64,000 nucleotides of DNA from Bdellovibrionales bacterium Ga0074137. GTDB lineage: Bacteria > Bdellovibrionota > Bdellovibrionia > Bdellovibrionales > JAMPXM01. The notes below the pieces were generated by a model, which did not search any database, had not been told where the DNA came from, and was given only the letters and a program-made list of their open reading frames with translations. The stretch lies in the NCBI GenBank assembly GCA_001464715.1, contig LNDT01000023.1:12385-76384 (forward strand). The letters run 5' to 3'. Shown in pieces: positions 54,111-63,506 of the stretch. How positions within the stretch are numbered: the stretch's first letter is position 1; each line of letters begins with the position of its first letter. Made by a program: the position numbers and the translations under genes.

Positions 54111-56189
54111 CTAAATCAATCCGTCGCGACGAAGGAGTGCGTCCGGATCGGGTTCACGACCGCGGAACTTTTTGTAGAGTTCCATCGGCTCTTCCGACGA
54201 ACCTTTCGACAAAACGTACTTTCGAAACTTCGAAGCGACGTCTTTGTTGAAAAGGCCTTCTTCTTTGAAGAACTCAAAAGCGTCGGCATCAAGAACTTCA
54301 GCCCACTTGTACGAGTAGTACCCGGCCGAGTATCCGCCGGCAAAAATATGAGAAAACGCGGCCGAAGAATTGGTGCCATCGACCGGCGGGAAAAGCGCTG
54401 TTCCCGCTGTCGCTCCTCTTTCAAACGCGACAACATCTGAGATCGAACTTGGATCGTTGGAGTGCCAAGCCATATCGAGAGTGGCGAAATTGATTTGTCT
54501 CATCGCAAAGTAGCCCGCCTGAAACTGCGAGCTCTTTTTGATCTTTTCAGTGAGTTCCACAGGAATTGTTTCGCCGGTTTTATAATGCTTGGCGAAGACC
54601 GCGAGGCCTTCTCGTTCGCCGACCCAATTTTCCATGATTTGGCTGGGAAGTTCGACGAAATCCCAGAAAACATTCGTCCCACCGAGACTCACAAATTTGC
54701 ATTCTGATAGAAGTCCATGCAGAGCGTGGCCGAATTCGTGGAACAAAGTTTTCACTTCATCCAATGTCAAAAGCGAGGGTGCCGTCGCCGTGGGTTTAGT
54801 GAAATTGCAGACGATAACAATATGGGGACGCTCAACTTTGCCGGACTCGGCATAGAAGCCTTGTTCTCTGAACGAGGACATCCAGGCGCCGCCGCGCTTC
54901 GACGCTCGCGGGAAAAAGTCTGTGTAGAAGAGTCCAATGTGCTGTTTTGTGTGATCGTCGATCACTTCAAAAACTTTGACTTCAGGATGATAGACGGGAA
55001 TCCCATCGAGGGGCTTAAAGCTAACGCCGTAGAGGCGTTTTGCGTGCTCGAAAGCGCCGTCGACGACTTTTTCCAACTGAAAGTAGGGACGAAGAAGTTC
55101 TTCGTCCAAGTCGTGAAGTTTCATTTTTAGTCTTTCAGACCAGTACGCATAATCCCAAGGTTCGAACGAGTCGTCGCCGCTCGTCTCTTGTTTGAATTTC
55201 CGAACCTCATCCAAATCACGTAGGGCTGCAGGCTTTGCTTTGTCTTTGATCCGTTCAAGAAACGAAATAACAGTTTCTGGTTTCGAAGCCATTCTCTCTT
55301 CAAGAACAAAAGCGGCGTGTGAGGCGTAACCAAGAAGTTTCGCGCGCTGGTGACGAAGTTCGACGATCTGTCTTAGGACGGGACTGTTCTCGGCAATCGA
55401 CCTCGAATTGTAGGCGCGCCAAAGTTTCTCTCGCAGATCGCGGCGCGAAGAGTAAGACAACATCGGCGAAAGACTTGGCTGATGAAGTGTCACAAGCCAC
55501 TTCCCATCAAGACCCGCCTCTTTGGCGGCCTCAGCGTAAGATTGGATCGCCGCATCCGGGACGCCGTCGAGATCTTGTTTATTTTCGATCACTAGTTTGA
55601 AATCATTTGTCGCCTTTAAGACGTTGTCGCTGAACTGGGGACTTAGAGTCGAAAGTTTCTGATCTAGGGCGCGAAGCTCGGATTTCTTCTCGGACGAAAG
55701 AAGAGCTCCGTTTCGTGCGAACTCGCGATATGTTTTTTCTGTCAGTCGAAGTTCTTCACCAGAAAGTTTCAGTTCCGCGCGCGAGTCCCAAACTGACTTC
55801 ACACGTTTAAAGATCGCTTCATCCAAAAGAAGGTCACTTGAAAGGCTCGCCAAGAGTGGCGAAATTTCCTTGGTGATGGCCTGCATTTCGTCGTCGCTAC
55901 TTGTACCGACAAGATTGAAGAAAATTTTCGCGGCGTGAGTTTCGACTTCGGGCGCTGTCTCAATGGCGAGAATTGTGTTCTCGAAATTCGGTTTCGATGT
56001 GTCGAGGCGAATTTTTTCGTAAGCGAGTTTTGCCAGCCGAATACCTTCGTTGATCGCGGGTCGAAAGTGTTTCTTTTCGACTTTGTCGAAGGCAAAGGCT
56101 CCGAAAGGGTTTTTAGAAATCGTAAGAAGGGGGTTCGCCGCCGCGCTGGAAGGAGAGCTAGAGTCCGTGCTGTTTTTCATGTTTGTCAT
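54111..56189 (-). CDS. M3-family zinc metallopeptidase (peptidyl-dipeptidase Dcp / oligopeptidase A-like)
   Basis: HEFGHALH zinc motif with a downstream E (FVELPSQIMENW). ~690 aa, typical of M3A peptidases. Confidence 0.85.
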   Translation of the reverse strand: MTNMKNSTDSSSPSSAAANPLLTISKNPFGAFAFDKVEKKHFRPAINEGIRLAKLAYEKIRLDTSKPNFENTILAIETAPEVETHAAKIFFNLVGTSSDDEMQAITKEISPLLASLSSDLLLDEAIFKRVKSVWDSRAELKLSGEELRLTEKTYREFARNGALLSSEKKSELRALDQKLSTLSPQFSDNVLKATNDFKLVIENKQDLDGVPDAAIQSYAEAAKEAGLDGKWLVTLHQPSLSPMLSYSSRRDLREKLWRAYNSRSIAENSPVLRQIVELRHQRAKLLGYASHAAFVLEERMASKPETVISFLERIKDKAKPAALRDLDEVRKFKQETSGDDSFEPWDYAYWSERLKMKLHDLDEELLRPYFQLEKVVDGAFEHAKRLYGVSFKPLDGIPVYHPEVKVFEVIDDHTKQHIGLFYTDFFPRASKRGGAWMSSFREQGFYAESGKVERPHIVIVCNFTKPTATAPSLLTLDEVKTLFHEFGHALHGLLSECKFVSLGGTNVFWDFVELPSQIMENWVGEREGLAVFAKHYKTGETIPVELTEKIKKSSQFQAGYFAMRQINFATLDMAWHSNDPSSISDVVAFERGATAGTALFPPVDGTNSSAAFSHIFAGGYSAGYYSYKWAEVLDADAFEFFKEEGLFNKDVASKFRKYVLSKGSSEEPMELYKKFRGREPDPDALLRRDGLI

Positions 56190-56332
56190 TGTGGCAAAGA
56201 CGTATCACAAATCAAAAGAGACGCACTATAACGCTGCGCAGGAGCTGGCGAATTTAAGGAGATCGGTCCAACAGGAGACGAGATGTCCGCGCGGCGCATC
56301 CCGTCGCGACCGAAAGGCGCTAAATGCCCGTG

Positions 56333-56482
56333 CTAAATTCCGGACGAGATCAGCTGAAACGCCACGACTTGAAGCGCTAGGTAGAACATGACGGTCAAAA
56401 CTCCAGCATGAGCCAGATCAATCAAAAGCTGAATTGTCGCGCCTCGTACAGGCGCGCCCGAAGCATTTTTTGTAGACTTCAT
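56333..56482 (-). CDS. Small (49-aa) hydrophobic ORF translationally coupled to the upstream lipoprotein gene; below the ORF-track threshold
   Basis: My own translation is MKSTKNASGAPVRGATIQLLIDLAHAGVLTVMFYLALQVVAFQLISSGI*. Its ATG (56482-56480) overlaps the TGA of the upstream gene (TGATG). It has one predicted TM helix. Confidence 0.35.
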   Translation of the reverse strand: MKSTKNASGAPVRGATIQLLIDLAHAGVLTVMFYLALQVVAFQLISSGI

Positions 56483-57255
56483 CACTGAGTGCATATTCCG
56501 ACGGCGTAACCGTCCGAACGGTAGTTGTTACTGATAGGGCTACACCGAGCTCCGGGGCCGCACGAACTTAGGCCGACTGTGCACGTCTGGCCGATTTGCG
56601 TCGAGCAAGACAGTGTCGCCGGGGCGGGCTGATTATAAACTTGGTGACGCCCCTGATACCCATTGCGGCGGCCTCCCAGATGACCGTGTTGCTGCCATTG
56701 TCCTTGGTGATGTTGCGGTCGACGGAAATGACCATAATGAGTGGGCGGCGGCAAATTTGTGCGCGGATCCAACACATTTGTGTATCCCGTGTAAGCACCA
56801 AAACCTGAGGGCTGAAAACCCTGTGGACCTTGGTGAAACCACCGAACATTCTGCCGCGTCAGAAACTGCACTGGCATACAGACAACGCCGTGACTTGCAT
56901 CACACATTGCTTGTGTTCCCTGGGGGCAACCGCAGAAGCCCTGGCTTGCGATCAATTGAGCGTTCGGCTGATAGCCGTTCACTCCGTAACCGTAAGGTAC
57001 AATGTTCGCCTGCGCATGGGGAACTTGCGCCCAGTCGTTTCCGCTGTACGTTGAGCCCGCAGCGCAAGACTGCGATGGCGATGAGAATGGAGTGACAGCG
57101 AAACTTTCATCGACGTTGCCACCGTCTTTGTTTTTTCCACAGCCCGAAATAAACGGAAGTACTGCAATGAGGAGGAGGCTTGCGAAAATCAGAATCGCTC
57201 GACGCGGTGAATGTGATTCGTGAGAGTGTTGAAACTTTGTTCGAGCGTGCATCAT
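56482..57255 (-). CDS. Cys-rich, His/Gln/Gly-rich secreted lipoprotein, hypothetical
   Basis: AGAGGA RBS before ATGATG at 57255. Signal peptide with lipobox ...LPFISGC. HYGHFRRPQHHQGQWQQHGH tract. 12 or more Cys in the mature part. Confidence 0.6.
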   Translation of the reverse strand: MMHARTKFQHSHESHSPRRAILIFASLLLIAVLPFISGCGKNKDGGNVDESFAVTPFSSPSQSCAAGSTYSGNDWAQVPHAQANIVPYGYGVNGYQPNAQLIASQGFCGCPQGTQAMCDASHGVVCMPVQFLTRQNVRWFHQGPQGFQPSGFGAYTGYTNVLDPRTNLPPPTHYGHFRRPQHHQGQWQQHGHLGGRRNGYQGRHQVYNQPAPATLSCSTQIGQTCTVGLSSCGPGARCSPISNNYRSDGYAVGICTQ

Positions 57256-57449
57256 TTTTAATTCCTCTTTAGTGCCACTTTGGTCGTGATTCGCAGGGGG
57301 AAAAGGTTGCCATCTGTGTGCCGCTTTTTGTCCCTCGCCATTCTTCGCGAGAAGCAACTGAGCGCGTCGGCGACGAATTTTACCAGAGACAAAGCGGGAC
57401 CAGTTGAAGAAATTTGCGAAGTACCATGAAAGCGTTCTAAGCTTTAAGT

Positions 57450-58229
57450 ATGAGAATTAGGTTTGTTTCCCTTTTGCTCTTTTCAGTTTTTTTGACGGGC
57501 CTTGTTTGCGGCCTGGGTGAGATGGCCCACGCGCGACGTTTTGATATGAAGTCTGAAAACTTCGCGACTTACTTCGGTGGAAGTTTCGGTCCGTCGAACC
57601 TCAGCGACGGCGCATTCTCGCTGGCGGCCGGAACGGATGTAACGACCGACAAAATAGTTCGGTCAAATTACTCGGGCGAAGTCGGCATTACGCTAACCTC
57701 ATCCCGCGGGGGGCTTCGCTTTAGCGGTGAGTATATTCTTGGACAGACATTGACGGGCGTCAGCGGAACGCACTCTTCAGGAACCAAGTACTACGATCTC
57801 ACGTCCAAAGTTTCGGCGCTGGTTCCGATGGTTTCGGCGGAAGCTCCAATATGGAAAGGGCTAGAATCGCGCGCCATGATCGGCGGAGGCCTTGGTTACG
57901 CTTTTGTCTCGCTGGACCAAGAGTATACGATGACGGCGGCCGGCGCGACGGCGCTTGGCGTGAGTGATTATATCGAGAAAGCGTCCACACAGGCGCTGGC
58001 GTGGCGCCTCTACACATCTTTTGAAACTCTGTTTGTCGACACAACGACACTTTCTTTCGAGCTTGGCTATCGCAGTATCAGGGTGGGATCGCTGCAAAGT
58101 TTAAAGGACACCGCCGCGATTTCAGGAGCTCAAACGAAGGGGTCAGATCTTAGAAATATGGACGCCTCGAACCGCGCTTTTGATCTCGGCGGCGGCTACG
58201 TGAGCGTGCACTTTCGTTTCTATTTGTGA
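57450..58229 (+). CDS. Outer-membrane beta-barrel protein, hypothetical
   Basis: Sec signal peptide ...GEMAHA. Alternating amphipathic beta-strand pattern. C-terminal YVSVHFRFYL is a typical OMP terminal aromatic signature. Confidence 0.6.
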   Translation: MRIRFVSLLLFSVFLTGLVCGLGEMAHARRFDMKSENFATYFGGSFGPSNLSDGAFSLAAGTDVTTDKIVRSNYSGEVGITLTSSRGGLRFSGEYILGQTLTGVSGTHSSGTKYYDLTSKVSALVPMVSAEAPIWKGLESRAMIGGGLGYAFVSLDQEYTMTAAGATALGVSDYIEKASTQALAWRLYTSFETLFVDTTTLSFELGYRSIRVGSLQSLKDTAAISGAQTKGSDLRNMDASNRAFDLGGGYVSVHFRFYL

Positions 58230-58300
58230 CAGTCGTGAAGTTTTAACCTAATGCTTGGATGCCTCGCCCAAATTGCATCGGCTCGGGCTATACTCCGCCG

Positions 58301-59332
58301 ATGCGTCGAGTCCTTAAGTTTAAAAGTACATTTCGGTTTTTAGTGGGTCTCGCGCTGATCCTTGCCACTTTTCATTCGCCGTCAGCGAACGCGAGCCTGC
58401 TGTGCGGAGGTCTTTTTAAAGAAGATGATCTTTCCAATCGTCTTCGAAAGTCTTTTGTCGATGTCGATGGCAAGTCGATTTATTATGAGGCCCTTCGCGC
58501 CAAGCCTGGAAAGCCAACAGCGATTGTGTTTTTGGGGCTGTTTACTCCATTAAGTGATCTTCAAAAATTTCAGGCCAGTTTTTTGAAGCAGTCGAGTGGG
58601 GAAGGTCTCATTATTTTTTCCTACAGCACATCGACAGAATCCTTAATTTTTGGATCCGTTAGAAAGTCAGATCGTTTTTCACAAAATGAAGGCACGGATC
58701 TCAATGACTACGTTCGACAGGCGACCGCTGTGATCAACGCCGAATCGCCACGAGGATCGGTCACCGCCATTGGGTACTCCTATGGGTCAGCACCGGCGGC
58801 GCGGTTTGCGAGTTTCCACCGGGGCCGCGTCGACAATTTGGTCTTCGCAGCGCCTTTAATTTATCCTGGCGAACACTCGCCGCAGTCCATCGTAGGAAAA
58901 GAAATCGCAGAGAGCTTAGCGGCGATGAATCCTTTCTTTGGTTCCAAGATGATTGACGGTTTGCGGGCGCGCGCCGCAGAAGACACAGCTCTAAAAATTG
59001 TCGGCGATTATCTCAAGCGAGGGCGATTCCCAGAGTTTCTTCCAAAAGAAATTGTTGTCGAATCTTTGACGGCTCAAATTCGAGCCACGGAACAATTCGA
59101 CTTGAGAAATGAAGACTTCACGCAGTGGCCAAGGACGCATTTTCTTTTGGCCGGAAAAGAAGGCGCCTCGCGCCTTCACGGACAAAAAGAACTCATCAAT
59201 AAATTGAAAACCGGCCCACAGTCTTTCAGGCTTGGAGTGGTTGAAAGCGTCGACGGTGGGGCTCACGCTATTTTGGCGGATCAGCCAATGATCAGTGCAG
59301 AGATAGTTTTACGTATTCTTCGACATCAGTAG
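58301..59332 (+). CDS. Secreted alpha/beta-fold hydrolase, hypothetical
   Basis: Signal peptide MRRVLKFKSTFRFLVGLALILATFHSPSANA. Nucleophile elbow GYSYGS (GxSxG). HAILADQP near the C-terminus is a candidate catalytic His. The maximal ORF begins at 58259. Confidence 0.6.
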   Translation: MRRVLKFKSTFRFLVGLALILATFHSPSANASLLCGGLFKEDDLSNRLRKSFVDVDGKSIYYEALRAKPGKPTAIVFLGLFTPLSDLQKFQASFLKQSSGEGLIIFSYSTSTESLIFGSVRKSDRFSQNEGTDLNDYVRQATAVINAESPRGSVTAIGYSYGSAPAARFASFHRGRVDNLVFAAPLIYPGEHSPQSIVGKEIAESLAAMNPFFGSKMIDGLRARAAEDTALKIVGDYLKRGRFPEFLPKEIVVESLTAQIRATEQFDLRNEDFTQWPRTHFLLAGKEGASRLHGQKELINKLKTGPQSFRLGVVESVDGGAHAILADQPMISAEIVLRILRHQ

Positions 59333-61221
59333 AGCGAGTCGATGACTTCTTTGTAGTGTTGATCGACTGTTTTTCGTTTCAATTTCAACGACGGTGTGAG
59401 TTCTCCGGCTTCGATGGTGAAGTCTTTTGGAAGAATCGCGAAATTTTTAATCGTTTCAAAAGGTGCAAGATTAGAATTGGCGTCCGCAATGGATCGCCGG
59501 ATCAGCTCTTTCACTTTTGCATGCTTAGATAAGCTATCGGAATCCGTGATCGAAATTCCGGCCTCTGCCGCCCACGGCTCGACCGTTTCTGCGGCGAGTG
59601 TGACAAGAGCGATGCAGTATTTTCTGTTGTCTCCATGAATGTGCACATTGGAAATGAAAGGCGAAAGCTTCACCAAGCCTTCAAGCTTTTGAGGTGCAAC
59701 GTATTTTCCACCGGCGGTTTTGATCAGATCTTTTTTTCGGTCTGTGATGATTAAATGCCCTTTTGAATCCAGCTCGCCAATGTCGCCGGTCGAAAACCAA
59801 CCATCTTTCAGAAGCTCTGCCGTCGCTTTTGGGTCGTCGAGGTACTCGCGCATGACTTTTCGCGAATGAATCAATATCTCGCCGTCGTCAGCAAAACGAA
59901 TTTTCACGTCGCCAATGGGCTTTCCCACAGTGCCAAAGCAGTAGTCGAAAGGTGTATTCACGCAGACCGCCGCCGTGGTTTCCGTAAGCCCATAGCCCTC
60001 AAGGATCAGAATTCCAGCCGCGTGAAAGAACTCGGCAATGGGTCGGCTCAAAGCGGCTCCGCCACAAACGGCAAACCGGAGGCGCCCGCCCAAACGCTCG
60101 TGAATCGAATCGAACACAAGCTTTCGTGCCGCCGCATAGCGAAGAGCCACATCGAGGGGAATCGCTTTTTTATTCTGCTTAAAGACGCTCACTTGGCGAC
60201 CGACACCCAGAGCCCAGTCGAAGGCTTTTCTTCGCAGCGGCGAAATGTCGGCTTGAGCCAAAATACCGGCGTGAATTTTTTCGAAGATTCTTGGTACCGC
60301 AACGATCAAAGTTGGTTGGATCGCCAGAAACCCTTGTTTGAGTCGTTCAAGCGATTCTGCAAATCCCATCGTGTAGCCGATGACGACGTGGCCCCAAATT
60401 TCAATGCGCCCCAAAACATGGGCGAACGGAAGAAACGTGAGAGTCACATCATTGCTACTGACCCCAAGAAGTGGAAATGCTTCGGCGACTTCGCTGAGCG
60501 CTTGAGCGTGCGTGTGCACAACGCCCTTTGGTTCGCCGGTTGTTCCTGACGTGTAGATAATCGTTGCGACGTCTTCGGCCGAGACTTCATTCACAGCCAA
60601 TGAGTAAAGAGTTGGTGATGAGCGGAGTGCGGTTTCTCCAAGCTTCTGAATCGCATCCAGAGTAATGAAAGACGCCGCGCTGGCCTTCCCGCCGGATTGA
60701 GAGCTTTTCGTCTCTGCGGCCATTGGCGTTTCAATGAGTGCGATTTTCTCAGGCAAGCGCGCCGGTGACTTTGTTTCCCAAAAAGAGCGGAGTTTTTTGA
60801 GAGCGTCCTCATCTTCGACGAAGAAAATTTTAGCGTTGGAATTGGCGAGCACAAAAGTGACGTCCGCCGGTGGCGAGCTTGGGTAGACGGGAACGGTGAC
60901 TCCGCCAAGTCCCATGATTGCCAAATCCAGCGCCGCCCATTCGACGCGCGAATTCGACATAATGGCCACGCGGTCACCCTTTCGAAGGCCCATCGATTGT
61001 AGACCGGCGGCCAGTGATTCGACCAGCTGTCGGTACTCTTCCCATGTTAGAGAGAGCCAGTTTTCAATTTGATCTCCGTCGCGGTCGCGCGTGCGCTGTT
61101 TCAAGCCGTGGCTGAAGCGGACTGCGATCTTTGACGGGTGCCGTTTCACGGTTTCTAAAAAGCGGCGAATCACAGTGTCAGACATGAGATGTTTCATCTC
61201 ATTAGTTTTGAGATTTGTCAT
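59326..61221 (-). CDS. Long-chain fatty-acid--CoA ligase (AMP-dependent synthetase)
   Basis: AMP-binding motif IIYTSGTTGEPKGV, plus GYGLTET, TGDIG and DRKKDLIKTAGGKYVAP. ~630 aa. Confidence 0.88.
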   Translation of the reverse strand: MTNLKTNEMKHLMSDTVIRRFLETVKRHPSKIAVRFSHGLKQRTRDRDGDQIENWLSLTWEEYRQLVESLAAGLQSMGLRKGDRVAIMSNSRVEWAALDLAIMGLGGVTVPVYPSSPPADVTFVLANSNAKIFFVEDEDALKKLRSFWETKSPARLPEKIALIETPMAAETKSSQSGGKASAASFITLDAIQKLGETALRSSPTLYSLAVNEVSAEDVATIIYTSGTTGEPKGVVHTHAQALSEVAEAFPLLGVSSNDVTLTFLPFAHVLGRIEIWGHVVIGYTMGFAESLERLKQGFLAIQPTLIVAVPRIFEKIHAGILAQADISPLRRKAFDWALGVGRQVSVFKQNKKAIPLDVALRYAAARKLVFDSIHERLGGRLRFAVCGGAALSRPIAEFFHAAGILILEGYGLTETTAAVCVNTPFDYCFGTVGKPIGDVKIRFADDGEILIHSRKVMREYLDDPKATAELLKDGWFSTGDIGELDSKGHLIITDRKKDLIKTAGGKYVAPQKLEGLVKLSPFISNVHIHGDNRKYCIALVTLAAETVEPWAAEAGISITDSDSLSKHAKVKELIRRSIADANSNLAPFETIKNFAILPKDFTIEAGELTPSLKLKRKTVDQHYKEVIDSLY

Positions 61222-61249
61222 ATCATGACACTGTCAGGGCAGGATGAAG

Positions 61250-63361
61250 TTATCGGCCCGCGGGACGAGGACCGCGGATATTGGCGCGAGGAATGAGCGT
61301 GATTCGGCGAGTCGTATTTTCGGGAATTCGAACTCGGACTTCATCGCTTGCTTTGGTGACAGGATCAAAGACTCGAACTGTCACGTCTTGATCTGCGGGG
61401 ACTTCGAATCCGTTGACGGGACCGAAAGCCGCTACGACTTTGCCGTTGACGGAGATTTCTCCGTTGCCCATGACTGTGATGTCTAGGTAACCGCGACGAT
61501 CCGCTTTAAGTGAGTAGGCGATCGAACGACCTTGTTGCACAATAGTTCGTTCACTGTGTTCTTTGTGGCCAGGAAGTCGAAGAGTCCATTCGATTTCTTC
61601 GCCTTCGCGTCGTTCGATGGTCGTCGGCGTCAGTTCGCCGGTTGATTTTCCATTGATCAAAATTTCTGCGCCGGGTGGATTTGAGCTCACCGGAATCATA
61701 ACACGCGCCGGGGCCATCGAGGCCATTGGCGTTTCGGTCAATTTTACTTCAGAAATTGTTTTTGGTTTTGGCAAAAGCCCTGTGTCTCTCATGATTCGGG
61801 ACATGAGGTTGCTGGCTTTATCGGGGTTCGCAAAATACCACACGCCGCCACTGACCAAAACACCTATGACCAATAAAACAGCGATCAGTGAGGCGTAACT
61901 TGAGCTCTGTCGGTTGTAAGAGCTTTCGGTTCGCGACCGAGTTCCACCGCCGCCGCTAAATGTGCCGACTTGAGTTTGCTGGGGATGTCCCATGCCGGTC
62001 GCACCCAAGGTCGAATTGTAGTTGGTGTAAGGATTTGGTCCGCGTTTAGGTAGTTCAATTTTTAAACCAGCGTCACCAAATTGGTTGGACTGGTTTCCTT
62101 CGGCCGCGACACTTTTGTCTTCAACGAGATTTACTTTGCCGTTTTCGCGAACTTCAAAGGGCGACGTCGAGGGACCCGTTTGTACCGGGCGCTCTTCACG
62201 CTTTACATCGACTTTTCCTTCGCGCTTTGCGCGGGGATCGAGACGCTTTTCGAGCTGCTTTTCGAGTTTGTTGACCTCGTGGATATCAGAGCGAATGCTT
62301 TTCTGCGTCGCTACCGATCCAAAAGTCGAATTCTCGTCCATCGCGGGCTGATGTCTCTTCTTGGGGCGCACCAGCTGCGAAAAGTCGATCTTTGCGTAAT
62401 CGAGCAGTTTTCTGTGAGTGTCTTCAATCTCTTTAGCAAAAAGAGTTTTTAAGAACTTCGCAAAATCTTGCTTCGAGAAGTCGGGGTACTTCAAGTTTAA
62501 AAACCGGTGCAAATCACGATGCAGATCTTCCGCATTTTTGTAGCGAAGATTTCGGTCTTTTGTTAGCGCTTTGGAAACGATTTTTTCAAGCTCAGGGGGA
62601 ATATTGGCATTCAGCTTTCGAAGAGGCTGAATGTTGCATTCTTTAATTTTGCGAAGGATCTCGATTTCATTTTTTCCAATGAAAAGTCGATCGTTCGCCA
62701 AGAGTTCCCAAATGATAATGCCCAACGAAAAGACGTCAGTTCGCTGATCGACTTCTTGAGCGTCGGCCTGTTCAGGGGACATGTAGCCGAATTTACCTTT
62801 GAGAGTTCCGGCCCGCGTTGATTCGATTTGGGTTTCGGCCTTGGCAATACCAAAGTCGACGACTTTAATTTCACCGTCGAAACTGAGCATGACGTTGTGA
62901 GGCGACATATCGCGGTGAATGATATTCAGAGGTTTCGCTGTCGCAGGATTCAAGCAGCGATGGGCGTGATCAAGTCCGGCAGCGATTTCTTTGGCGATAT
63001 AAACAATGTGCTCAATGCCTAAGCCAGAGTTTGCGGTTTTAACTTTGTTCAGAATCTGCTTTAGGTTTCGTCCGTTAACAAAGTCCATGACGATGAAGAA
63101 TTGATTCTTCTCCATACCGAACTCGGAGATTGTGACGATATTGGAGTGCTGCAAATTGATCGCGATCGACGCTTCGTCTTTGAACATGTCGACGAATTCG
63201 ACCTGCTCAGAGAACTGCGGCAAAATACGCTTTATCGCTACGAATTTTCCGACGCCGCCGGCGCCGAGACTTCGAGCGAGATAAACTTCTGCCATTCCAC
63301 CCATAGCAAGCTTCTCGAGGAGAACGTACTTGCCAAAGGTTTCGAGTTTCATGATATCCAC
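61250..63361 (-). CDS. Hanks-type Ser/Thr protein kinase with a TM segment and C-terminal PEGA-like domains
   Basis: Motifs GGMAEVYLA, VAIKRI, HRDMSPHNVML, DFGIAK and GYMSPEQ. TM helix LIAVLLVIGVLVSGGVWYF. PPGAEILINGKSTGELTP is PEGA-like. Confidence 0.9.
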   Translation of the reverse strand: MDIMKLETFGKYVLLEKLAMGGMAEVYLARSLGAGGVGKFVAIKRILPQFSEQVEFVDMFKDEASIAINLQHSNIVTISEFGMEKNQFFIVMDFVNGRNLKQILNKVKTANSGLGIEHIVYIAKEIAAGLDHAHRCLNPATAKPLNIIHRDMSPHNVMLSFDGEIKVVDFGIAKAETQIESTRAGTLKGKFGYMSPEQADAQEVDQRTDVFSLGIIIWELLANDRLFIGKNEIEILRKIKECNIQPLRKLNANIPPELEKIVSKALTKDRNLRYKNAEDLHRDLHRFLNLKYPDFSKQDFAKFLKTLFAKEIEDTHRKLLDYAKIDFSQLVRPKKRHQPAMDENSTFGSVATQKSIRSDIHEVNKLEKQLEKRLDPRAKREGKVDVKREERPVQTGPSTSPFEVRENGKVNLVEDKSVAAEGNQSNQFGDAGLKIELPKRGPNPYTNYNSTLGATGMGHPQQTQVGTFSGGGGTRSRTESSYNRQSSSYASLIAVLLVIGVLVSGGVWYFANPDKASNLMSRIMRDTGLLPKPKTISEVKLTETPMASMAPARVMIPVSSNPPGAEILINGKSTGELTPTTIERREGEEIEWTLRLPGHKEHSERTIVQQGRSIAYSLKADRRGYLDITVMGNGEISVNGKVVAAFGPVNGFEVPADQDVTVRVFDPVTKASDEVRVRIPENTTRRITLIPRANIRGPRPAGR

Positions 63362-63506
63362 GGTTCTTCATCGGAAAAGATTGAAATAGCCTTAAGATAT
63401 CGGCGGTTTCGACCTCGCATTCCGGACTGTTCCTGGACCTTCTTGGTCAGTCTCGACTAGACCCGGACAGGTTCTTTGTCCCAGAATGAGGCTCGAAGGA
63501 GATCTC

